Positions 1 to 10,279 of a DNA stretch of 64,000 bases are shown here, in pieces. This DNA is from Selaginella moellendorffii (lineage: Eukaryota; Plantae; Lycopodiophyta): assembly GCF_000143415.4 (NCBI RefSeq), contig NW_003314336.1, positions 782,853 to 846,852 on the forward strand, written 5' to 3'. The notes beneath the pieces were generated by a model. It saw only the letters and a list, made by a program, of their open reading frames with translations, did not search any database and had not been told where the DNA came from. Every line of letters starts with the position of its first letter. Positions within the stretch are counted from its first letter, which is position 1. The translations under genes were made by a program, and so were the position numbers.

Positions 1-5
1 AGGAG

Positions 6-2740
6 ATGGCTGAACTCAAGAAGCAACTCACGGAGCTTCTTGACAAAGGTCATATTCGACCAAGCGAGTCACCTTATGAAGTGCCGGTCCTTTTTGTTAT
101 TAAAAAGGATGGAACCATGAGGATTGACTATCGGGCACTCAATAAGATTACGGTCAAGTACAGTTATCCTTTGCCTCGCATTGATGACTTGTTTGACCAA
201 CTCTTAAAGGCTAAGTATTTTACGCGACTTGATTTGCGGTCCGGGTATCATCAGATATGGGTGGCGGATCAGGATGTGGAGATGACAACCTTTAAGTTTC
301 GGTATGGATCTTATGAGTTCCTTGTCATGCCGTTCGGGTTATGCAATGCTCCGGCAATGTTCAGCACTATGATGGATAGAATATTCGGAGATTATTTGGA
401 TGCATTTGTTGTCCTGTATATCGACGATGTTCTAGTCTTTAGTGAAACGTTGGAGGATCATTTGAAACACTTGGATCTGGTGTTTCAGAAGTTGCGCAAA
501 CACAAACTGTATGCTAAGGAAAGTAAATGCGCTTTTGGCCAATTGCGCGTACACTTTCTCGGACATATAGTTGGTGGTGGCGTGATTGAGGTTGATCCAA
601 AGAAGGTGGAAGTAGTGAAGTCCTGGGAAGTTCCGACCACTGTGTCAGATGTTCAATCCTTTCTCGGTTTGGCGGGATACTATCGCAAGTTTGTCTGCAA
701 TTTTGCAAGGATTGCTCTTCCGTTGACTGAGTTGATGAAGAGTAGTATTCCGTTTCATTGGACACCAATTTGTCAGCGTGCTTTTGCATGGTTGAAGGAG
801 ATCTTGACTACGGTTTCTGTTCTCAAGATCCCAGATCTTGATAAACCCTTCGAAGTGCATTATGATGCATCTGGTTATGCTATTGATGCCATGTTACAGC
901 AAGATTGTGACAAAGCGGTTGGTGTTACGCTAAAGCGACATGGTTGTCCCTTGCCTTCTATTCCAAGAAATTGGATGAGACCCAACGAAGATGGCCAACG
1001 CATGAGAAAGAGATGTTTGCTATAGTGTCGGCTCTGGAACACTGGAGACACTACTTGGGTGGACATACCAAGGTTTATACGGATAGTAACACACTAAGCT
1101 ACTTTGCTACGCAGCCTAAGCTTACTCCGAAGCAGGCTCGTTGGCAAGAGACGCTTACTAGATATGATATTGAAATCATATATAAACCTGGTAAAGACAA
1201 TATTGTTCCGGATGCATTGAGTCGTCAAGCTCAATTCCGAGCAATATCGGCAATCAGTTTGGACTGGTTGGAGGACGTCCGGGCTTCGTATGGAAGTGAT
1301 TCATTGGCGAAAGCAATCTTATGCCATGTGGAGTTGTCGAAGCAGAACTTTGGTAGCGAGGCAGCAAAAGTTGCTAACCGCACCAATGCGAAGCTTCACT
1401 TCTCAGTTCGGGATAGGCTTATATTCTATAAGCAAGAAAGATTGTATCTTCCCTCTAAGGATCTTCAGCAGTTATTTCTGCGGGAACATCATGATGTTCC
1501 AGCAGCGAGACATGGTGGACAGCGAAAGACTCTGGCTTCATTGAAAAAGGGATTTTTCTAGTCTGGTATGGACTATGTCCGTTCCTGCCTTATATGCCAG
1601 CAATGTAAGCGCAAAACTGAGAAGCAGGCTGGAAAGTTATAGTGCATTCCCGCACCGGCATGGCCATTTCAAAGTGTGACACTTGATTTCGTCACTTGTT
1701 TGCCGAAGTCTAAGGGTTATGATACTTTGATGGTCGTTGTGGATCGGTTGTCAAAGATTGCACACTTCATTCCAACTGTGGGAACAGTAAATGTGAAACA
1801 AGCAGCAAAGCTCTTTTTCCATGAAGTAGTGTGAGTTCGTGGTCTTCCTGAAGAAATGATCTCGGATAGAGATTCAAGGTTTACGGGGAAGTTTTGGGGG
1901 ACCCTATTCCGGTTGTTTGGTACCAAGTTGAAGTTTAGTACGGCTTATCATCCTCAAACTGATGGGCAGACCAAACACGTGAATGCTCAAGTTGAGGATT
2001 ATCTGCGGTACTATGTCGCGGTGGACCAACGCAATTGGGTTGAGCATTTGGATACAGTGGAAATCTGTTATAACAACACATTTCACAGCGCTATAGGCTA
2101 TTCTCCATGGGAGATGCTGCAAGGGAATGCTTGTGGGGTTCCTCAACAGATCGTTTTACCGAAACCAATGACCGAAGTGTTGGTCCCAGCCGTTGACACT
2201 TATGCGGAGCAGCTATGCCAAGGTTGGTCTAAAGCTACCGAGGCGATGGGCAAAGCTCAGGATAGGTATCGACGTGATAAGGATCAGCAGCGTCGGGATG
2301 TATCCTATCAAGTGGGAGATCAGGTATGGCTATCTTCCCGGAACCTGAGTGTTAAGGGATCTTTATCTCGGAAACTACTACCAAGATATGTTAGACCCTA
2401 TCGGGTGTTGAGACGAGTTGGTGATATATCGTATAAGTTGGATCTTCCGGATGAATTCTTTCATGTACATGATGTGTTTCATGTCAATTTACTGGCACCA
2501 TATCATGCTGCTGAGGAATGTTTTACGGACATTCGTCCTCCACCTACAATCATTGAAGGTGAACCTGAGTATGAGGTTGAAGCTATTTTGGATTCACGCT
2601 GGCTTAAACGTGCCAAACGTCGGGAGTATCTAGTTAAATGGAAAGGCTACCCAACTTGTGAATCAACTTGGGAGCCTCTTTGTAATCTTACCCATGCTCG
2701 TGAGCTTGTCACGGAGTATGAGCATAGTAAGAAAACTTAG
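6..2740 (+). pseudogene. Ty3/gypsy chromovirus pol (RT-RNaseH-integrase-chromodomain), disrupted, 5' end outside window
   Basis: RT motifs [19 protein letters not shown] and YIDD; RNase H DASG and EKEMFAIV; integrase SDRDSRFT, TAYHPQTDGQT and HDVFHVNLL; C-terminal chromodomain EYEVEAILDSR...EYLVKWKGY..ESTWEP. Frameshift near 920-945 and in-frame stops (e.g. 1559-1561) split it into ORFs 6-1025, 944-1561 and 1856-2740. Confidence 0.95.
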
Positions 2741-3310
2741 CTTTTGTAAATCTTATAATAAATCTTGCTGATTAATAAAGTAATATATTTCTATAAATCA
2801 AAATGCCGTTTCTCTCGTTCGTTAGTACTTGGGTCAGTTTTGGCAGGCTGACTTCGGCACTTTGGTGCATGGGTCCAATCCATAACCATGGGGATAACTA
2901 TTATAGACTGATCACAAGTCCCTGCCTCTCTCTTGATGACTCATTTTTGCAATGGGGCGTGGTCGTGTAAACAACTTAATCTACCAGTTTATAATAGTTG
3001 TCTAAATCTTCCTGATGGGGTTGATTTCTTGCTCAGGGGAAGTTGGGAATCTGGCCTTCTCCCTATGTTCCTGCGGGAAGGGATGTATCATTCCTTTGTA
3101 AGCCGAGTGGTACTTGGAGCAGCAAGGGTGGCTAACTCCGTTAGTCATTTCCTTGTCGGCGACGGCCGGAGGGTGTCTGAGTCTTAACGTCTTTGGACGT
3201 AGAGGAGAGGTCATTCCATAACTCATTTAAGTCAGTGTGTTTCCCACATAATGTGCTTTCCATTAACTTTTGGAGTTGTTTCCTTGACAGTTTGCTAGAC
3301 TCGGGTATAC

Positions 3311-3687
3311 ATCAACAAGGACGTCGATCTTCCCCAAGGGGGGGAGAGTGTCGCAAATGTGTCTTTGGGTATCGAAAGATAATTGTTGGCCAGTCCTTAC
3401 GGACACTCTTTCCTTACTGGCATGACGGCAGGAGGTCGGTACTACTGGTTCCCATCATTGGCCCCTCTTGTCCAAGTGTTAGTAAACTGAGTTTAGCATC
3501 TGTACTTAGCCAGATGGACATAAGGTAGGAACTCCTATGTGTTTCTAGCTGAGCATTCTCGGCCTGGCTTTTAGTTCTCTTTTGCTCTGTCTTGCACTGG
3601 CTTGGCAAGAACCCTCGCGTATTGAGACTAGTCCCTCAATATTTCCGGATGATAGCTTACCGTGTCTGCCAAACATCCTCACTATCA
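3311..3687 (+). mobile_element. Hairpin, polypurine tract and probable 3' LTR of the chromovirus
   Basis: PPT AAGGGGGGGAGAG (3336-3348) directly followed by TG at 3349. The LTR end is uncertain; CTATCA ending at 3687 is a guess. Confidence 0.55.
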
Positions 3688-3890
3688 CGCCCTTTGTGTT
3701 AGTCTCATTTCGGTCCCAAGTGCTATTTATGGAAAGTGTCTAGATTTGCTCATTTGGCATATCTACGGAATGTAGAGGTCAGCTTGAACACAATGGTGTT
3801 CGTCCCATGTCCAAATTCACAATCTATGGCCATTCCATATTTAGTAAGTTTCGAGCTTGTTCCAGAGACTAACTCCTGGTACTAAGGGTG

Positions 3891-4384
3891 GCTTTGGGTG
3901 AAAGCCCAAAGCGTGTGTCCCTCAAGGGGGGGGGGCGCTGTGGGAGGTTCCAAATGTATAGTAGGGATAGTGGTTGGAATGTATGTCCGACCACCTGAGA
4001 CATTAGTTTGGCTCCTGCTGGGCTGTGTCGCTCATTTTTTTGCGTCTGGCTTGGGTCTAAGCCCAAGCTCCATGCTGCTCTAGTCGGTGGAGTACCCTCC
4101 TCCTCGCATTAGGCCACCGGTATGCCAAAATTGTGCCAGACTCCATCTGACACCATTTTGTGTGCAAGTGCTAGATACGGGGAGCTGGTGCTCATGGGAT
4201 TGTACCGAACCCTCGTTCGTAGTGCAACGGGCTTGGAGTTTGGCTCCAAATTCAGGTGCGCTACACCGTGGATCCTTGGAACCTTGGGGGATAAATAGGG
4301 ATAAAATAGCCTTTAAAGGCTCTCTCATTAAGCAATTGCCCCTTTTTTAGTTGGCTTAAGGGGAGAAAGATAAGGTGCACTACA
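3891..4384 (+). mobile_element. 3' end of a second LTR family (family B): hairpin, PPT and LTR 3939-4384
   Basis: Hairpin GCTTTGGG-tgaaag-CCCAAAGC, a poly-G tract, TG at 3939 and an end GTGCACTACA. Similar to 28385-29103, which ends GTGCACTACA and is followed by a PBS. Confidence 0.7.
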
Positions 4385-4731
4385 GTCCTACTTGATTTCA
4401 GCTACTCACTACACGAGCAATAGAATGTTAGCCATCCATCCACAGATTCCCAAATCTCTCCTAATCCCTGTCTCTGAGTTAGACTGGACTTAAGGTTTGG
4501 CTACACTCCCTATAGGCACAAGCATCCAAGCACACCAAACCTCCAGGTTCCTAACATCCCTTGGTACAACAAAACTTGATCATGGGACCCTCTAAATCCT
4601 AAGCCTTGGTGTAAGCAACCAAAGGGAACGACTCGAGAGACGATCCATTGGGGTTCAAATATAGAGGGAAAGGGCCCATGAACAAGAGTGCACCCCCTTT
4701 TCCAATCGGTTAAGGGTCTTGGGATAGCTAG

Positions 4732-4787
4732 AGTTAAGCGTCCTTGGGTTTGAATAGTACTGGGCTGGGTGACCTCCCGGGAAGTCC
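4732..4787 (+). promoter_or_regulatory. 5S rRNA-derived internal Pol III promoter (A box, IE, C box) in the TRIM 5' LTR
   Basis: AGTTAAGCGTCCTTGGGTTTGAATAGTACTGGGCTGGGTGACCTCCCGGGAAGTCC aligns with the recalled plant 5S sequence AGTTAAGCGTGCTTGGGCGAGAGTAGTACTAGGATGGGTGACCTCCTGGGAAGTCC. It is not a complete 5S gene. Confidence 0.9.
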
Positions 4788-5134
4788 AAACTCAGGAGCT
4801 TACATTTGGTATCAGAGAGGTCTCGGGTCCGACTCTGTTGGTTGGCTAGGGGAATCGCACCACATGTTGATTGACATCTGGCTGGTCCAGTTTGCTCCCA
4901 CTGGGCTCGACCCGAGGGGTAGGGTGTCAAGAGAGCGGGGCTCTTGGGAGAGTTGCGGCTCTCAGCTTCCGTTCACGAGGGCGTGAACTTGCAGGGAAGC
5001 GTGGTGGATTGTAAGCAACCAAAGGGAACGACTCGAGAGACGATCCATTGGGGTTCAAATATAGAGGGAAAGGGCCCATGAACAAGAGTGCACCACCCCC
5101 TTTTCCAATCGGTTAAGGGTCTTGGGATAGTTGG

Positions 5135-5190
5135 AGTTAAGCGTCCTTGGGTTTGAATAGTACTGGGCTGGGTGACATCCCGGGAAGCCC
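5135..5190 (+). promoter_or_regulatory. 5S rRNA-derived segment in the TRIM 3' LTR
   Basis: Second copy of 4732-4787 with two substitutions. Confidence 0.88.
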
Positions 5191-5624
5191 AAACTCAGAA
5201 GCTTACACTTGGGTGCACCATAGCCTTGGAAACACCATAACCTAATGGCCCGATATGGGTACCTCTACCCCCCCCCCACTTCCATCCCAAAGGGAAGGCC
5301 CAAGCCCTTAGGAAGGGCAAGGACCAATGAGCCAGAAGGTACTCAAGTTGGGCACCACTCCACATGAGCCAGGAGCATTGCAATCGGTTTCCCTAACAAG
5401 TAGGGTAGCTTGGAGAGGTGTTCAAGAGCTGGTTTTAGTTCCCCCGAAAGATTGAATGGTCGATGCTCCTAGTCCAAGCATGCATGATACTACCTACTTG
5501 GATACCTTACGTGGCTCAACAGAACCTCGCTCTAAGCCCATGGCTAGAGCACCCAAAGGTAGAAGGTGGGAGAGTACCTATGAGGCTCACGTAGGGCTAT
5601 GGTGTTCCAAAATGTTGTTCCAGA

Positions 5625-7136
5625 TGTGAGACATAAATCCCTAAGCCCCAAAAGGGAGCCATGTGGTGCCATACGAGTGTAACACGTTTGGATTAAAAGC
5701 TCCGACTTGAAAGGTCTAGAGTGAGAGTGGAACTCCCAATGAAATGCTCAAGGAACAAGCACGAAGCGAGCAATAAGTGAGTCTCTAGAAAAGGGACCAA
5801 GATGGAGTCCAAGATAGACTTGAGATGGAGTCTAAGATGGACCCAAGATGGAGTCCAGGATGGAGTCAGAAATGGACCCGAGATGGAGTCTGAGATGGAG
5901 TCCGAGATGGACCCCAGATAGAGTCCAAGATGGACCGAGATGGAGTCCGAGATAGAGTCTGAGATGGACCCGAGATGGAGTCCGAGATGGACCCGAGATG
6001 GAATTTGAGATGGAGTCCGAGAAGGACCCGAGATGGAGTCCAAAGTCGAGACCAAGACCAAGACCGGGACCGAGATCGGGACCGAGACCGAGACCAAGGC
6101 CGAGGCCGAGACCTAGTGCAAGCCCGAGTCCAAGTCCGAGTCCAAGTCCGAGTTTGAGTCTTAGAGGGTAAAAGCCCAAAGCGTTCATCTCCCAGACCCT
6201 GGGGGGTTTGGTGAGCTCCAAAAGTATAATAGGGGGAGGACTCCAATGGAGCCAGTTTGGCCCAGGAAGGCTGTACCCAGATGTTGAGTGATGGGATAAC
6301 CACTAGGAAGTCCAAGGCTACAATGAATACAGACTTACAAATGGGGTAGCTTGGTGAAGTATTTAAGAGCCGGCTCTAGTTCCCTTGAAAGATCAAATGG
6401 TCAATGCTCTCAGTCCATGTGTGGGTGGCACTACCTACTTGGATACCTGGCGTGGCTCAATGGAACCTCGCTCTAAGCCCATGGCTAGAGCACCCAAAGG
6501 CGGAAGGTAGGGAGAGTACCCACGAGGGTCGTATAATGCTATGGTGTTCCAAAATGTTGTCCTGAAGTCTCAGACAGTGAAAAGGAAGAGGAGCAGTCCT
6601 CTGGTGAAGAGACCAAGGATACAGTCGTGGGAGGAGGAAGTCCCAGAGGACCAGGGGACTTAGTGGTCAGGCTTGTGGGCCTTGATCTAGTGATAGTGAT
6701 AACAAACACGGCTATGGACAGAAAGGGTCTTGGTGAGGACTGGAAAAAGGATATTGGAGAAGGTTATTCCCCATGTCTGTGGGCATCCTAAGGATGCTAA
6801 GGAGTAGAACCGGGATGATCACTCATGGATGGATGGCTTAGTCTTTGAAAGACAAGACTGTGATGTAGGTAAAGACTACCGATGTGACTAAGGTAAAGGG
6901 GCATAGCTTTAGCGTAAAGGGCCGATATGTTGGTGGTACCTTAGGGTGTCGGTCATGGGATCGGACATATGGAGCACTTGGGCCAAGTGCAAAGGTTGAG
7001 TGGCAGGGATGCCATTCTTGGGCCTAGCATGCCCAAGTCCGGAATAGGACTTATGGAGGTTGTGAGTGAGACTCCTTCAAGTGGTCGGAGGTGTGGTTAA
7101 GTGACTAAAGTAGAATGAAAAATTTAGTCGCTTACA
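5625..7136 (+). mobile_element. Solo LTR (family A, satellite-bearing) nested in a related LTR
   Basis: Starts TGTGAGACATAAATCCCTAAGCCCC (same start as 12279 and 17852), ends TTTAGTCGCTTACA, flanked by CCAGA/CCAAA. The host sequence resumes collinearly at 7137. Confidence 0.8.
5796..6160. repeat. Tandem array inside LTR: GAGATGGAGTCC / GAGATGGACCC units grading into GAGACC and GAGTCC hexamers
   Basis: Directly visible. It produces the low-complexity SDSIS / RDRD / LGLG pseudo-ORFs. Confidence 0.95.
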
Positions 7137-7739
7137 CCAAAATCCCAGATGGTGGAAAGGAAGAAGTGCAGTCCTCTGGTGTAGTGACCAAGGATGTGGT
7201 CACATGGTGAGAAAGTCCCAAAGAACAAGGGGACTTAGTGGTCAGGCATTTGGGCCTTGATCTAGTGGCAGCGTTGGCGAATACGGCCATGGACAGAAAG
7301 GGACTTGATGGGGACTGAAAAAGGGATATTAGGGAAGGCTATTCCTTATATCTATGGGCATCCTAAGGATGCTAAGGAGTGGATCTGGGATGACCACTCA
7401 TGGACAGATGGCCCAATCTTTGAGAGATAGGACTGTGATGTAGGTAGTGTTAGATCACTAATGTGACAAAGGTGAATAAATATGGCCTTAGTGTAATGGC
7501 CTGATATGTCGATGGTACTTTTGGATGTCAATCTTGGGATCGGACATGTGGAGCATTTGGACCAAGTGCAAAGGTTGAGTGGTATGGATGCCATTCTTGG
7601 GGCTAGCAAGCCCCAAGTCCTAAATTGGACTTATGAAGGTTATAAATGAGACTCTTTCAAGTGGTCGGGGGGTGTGGTTAAGTGGCTAAAGTAAAATGGA
7701 AAAATTAGTTGCCTACAGATTAGTTTATTTGTTAAATTT

Positions 7740-8160
7740 GTTATTGTCATGCTCTTTATAAACTTCTCTTAGATTGGACTAAAGACAATGCTAATGCAAT
7801 CGTGAGGTTTAGTCAAGTTGAAACCTAAAAAAGACTTATTAAAGATGAAGGATCAAATACATAAATCGTCATTTCTTCTTTGAAAGATGATTTGCAATGA
7901 AATGTAATCTCACTACTCATGTTCACATCATGCAATCAAGAATCTCTATTTCAATATATATAAAGTATGATGGTCTTACAAATGGTGAGTCATAGAATGA
8001 ATAGTGGTGAAGCACTAAACCATTTTGTTTAGGCTTGCTATTGGAGGCTTGGGTTATAATGTTTAATTCTTTTCTAAGGAACCTTATTATTACTCCTTGA
8101 GTAGATTAATATTAAATTAGTTTTGAGTTTAGTCAAAAAAAGAGTGGTATGAGCTTGTGT
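7740..8160 (+). repeat. Dispersed repeat, homologous to 29585-30005 (interior of a family B LTR element)
   Basis: Shared blocks such as GATGAAGGATCAAA, GAAAGATGATTTGCAATGA and CTCATGTTCACATCATGCAATCAAGA. Confidence 0.85.
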
Positions 8161-9711
8161 GTCTTGTGAACTAATAGTGTTGGCCTTTCGATAAAGGTTT
8201 TAGAAAGGTTTATTATGCATGTTAAGATTAATGTGAACATTTTATATATAAAGATGAATATAACTTTTAGAAATTACTAAATAACAGAAATGTACATGAC
8301 ACTCCCAGCAATTATATATTTGAAAATTTTTATAGCTAAAACTTCTGTATCTAACTATAAGTAAATATGATGCATCAAGAAGTGTTTGTAAAATATGTAG
8401 TTACTCTAGAGTAACTCAATCATAAAAATTATTATTAATGGTAATTGTGATCTTATATAAAGATAATTAATTCTCTATAATAGATTCATGACACATAAAA
8501 AGTTAATCTTCAATATAATGAGTTGACTAATTTAGCATTTATCTTGTGTATGAGAAATTATTGTAGTGCACATGGTTTTCACCCTTTATCCTACAGTGAT
8601 TTACCATGATGATGTATAGTGATTTACCAAAGTTATTTGACATTCCTAATTCTGCCACCACTTAGCATCAGTGTTGTCAATGCTGCTGCTGGACATTCGG
8701 TAATATACATAATTTGTACAATAGCAATTGATATCTAATAGATATTCTCGCTTGATTTTTTAACTAGGGTTTGGTTAGGAAAACATGGGAACTGACTTGT
8801 CATGTCAGAAAAATGAATTGTCATATGTAAAGCTACTTATATTTCTATATCTCCATCTAATTTCTCATACTACATTATAAAAGTTAATTAAACTTGTATG
8901 ATGAATGATGATATATCCCAAATTGGCAGTCTTGTCCAAACCACTAAAGGTGCTAAATATCTCTGATGTGTGTTTTTATATTAGAATTGTTATGTATGTT
9001 CTGATTAGTATGAACTTTTCAAATATAAAGATGAATATGAACTTTTCAAAATTACCAAATAGCAATAATGTGCATAACACTCCCAGCAAATTTGGGACTC
9101 CTTTCTCTTTGTTAGTCAATTATCAAATTCTTTGTTAATTTTTCTTTTTCTCTCTTGGCAGGATTTCTAGAAATAGCATAATCTAGCATATAATACAATG
9201 CTTGTGGAAAATGAGTATCCTCTAAGGTAGGCTTGATTTAACATAACATTAGCATGCCATACAAGTTAACAAATGGTATGATTAATTTTATGCAGGTTCA
9301 AAGTTTAATTATAATCCTCTATATTTCATTGGCTATAAGCTTTGTAAACCAAGCTAATATAAGTGTCATGATAAATAGTTATCTCAAACATGTTGTAAAC
9401 TTTATAAAAACTCAATCCAATAAAGCTCACTAATAAAATAAAATACAAAACTAATATAAAATTTAATCTTCCTCAACTACATATTTTCCTTGTATAAGAA
9501 TTAAATGTCCATTATAAAACCATTGGAGCTGTGAATATTGTAGGAAATTAAAAAAATCTTTATACATGTTATAGCCCTTTTATTTTTAGTAACATGACAA
9601 AGAAAACCTATTTTAGGTGTTGAACTCACACTATTGATTCTTGGGCATGGGTATGAAAAAGAATGTAAGAGATACATTGAATAGAGGTAGATGTCAGAAA
9701 TCCCCCAATTC

Positions 9712-9840
9712 TTGCCACATTCCTGACTCTTGCCGGATTTTTGACCTACAAACCATATTCCTGACTCTCGAGACACTTCCCTATTCCTGACTCTCTGATT
9801 TCCTGTATGATTCATGAGTCTCGAGCCACATTCCTGATGA
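9712..9840. repeat. Short interspersed direct repeats of ATTCCTGA(CTCT), four copies
   Basis: CCACATTCCTGACTCT, CCATATTCCTGACTCT, CCTATTCCTGACTCT and CCACATTCCTGA, next to an assembly gap. Confidence 0.7.
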
Positions 9841-9870
9841 TGATGTGGCACCTCCTCAACCTCAGCTATA

Positions 9871-10152
9871 NNNNNNNNNNNNNNNNNNNNNNNNNNNNNN
9901 NNNNNNNNNNNNNNNNNNNNNNNNNNNNNNNNNNNNNNNNNNNNNNNNNNNNNNNNNNNNNNNNNNNNNNNNNNNNNNNNNNNNNNNNNNNNNNNNNNNN
10001 NNNNNNNNNNNNNNNNNNNNNNNNNNNNNNNNNNNNNNNNNNNNNNNNNNNNNNNNNNNNNNNNNNNNNNNNNNNNNNNNNNNNNNNNNNNNNNNNNNNN
10101 NNNNNNNNNNNNNNNNNNNNNNNNNNNNNNNNNNNNNNNNNNNNNNNNNNNN
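9871..10152. other. Assembly gap
   Basis: Run of N. Confidence 1.
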
Positions 10153-10279
10153 CTTAATCAAAATCAGCAAGAGATGCAAGACAAGATGCATGGTATGATG
10201 GATACCATATGTGGGCGTGTTGAGGCACTCGAGGCTGGACGTGGTAGTGCTCCAAGTAAGCCTCTTTGGTAGATCGACT

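Larger units (their letters stand above)
4610..5207 (+). mobile_element. Full-length Cassandra-type TRIM (non-autonomous LTR retroelement with 5S rRNA-derived LTR segment)
   Basis: LTRs 4610-4804 and 5010-5207 (TGTAAG...CTTACA), differing by about 5 substitutions and a 3-bp indel. tRNA-iMet PBS TGGTATCAGAG at 4807-4817, 205-bp non-coding interior, perfect TSD CTTGG (4605-4609 and 5208-5212). Confidence 0.93.
4583..7717 (+). mobile_element. Solo LTR (family A variant) hosting two nested insertions
   Basis: TG at 4583 and CCTACA end at 7717, flanked by GATCA/GATTA (4/5 TSD match). Segments 5385-5624 and 7137-7717 are collinear with family A LTRs at 6330-7136 and 12890-13696. Confidence 0.65.

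Noticed and set aside
4732-4787. Functional 5S rRNA gene
   Set aside because: Only the internal-promoter part is 5S-like; both 5S ends and a terminator are missing, and it sits inside LTRs.
5693-6315. ORFs rich in SDSIS/RDRD/LGLG, and a CRISPR-like look (also 12204-12757 and 17825-18481)
   Set aside because: They are translations of a tandem array with no unique spacers; the context is eukaryotic and there are no cas genes.
8562-8607. Inverted match to 29058-29103 as a possible terminal inverted repeat
   Set aside because: It is an isolated reverse-oriented end of a family B LTR, with no TSD and unrelated sequence in between.
9807-10198. ORFs spanning N runs (also 17305-17665)
   Set aside because: Assembly-gap artefacts.
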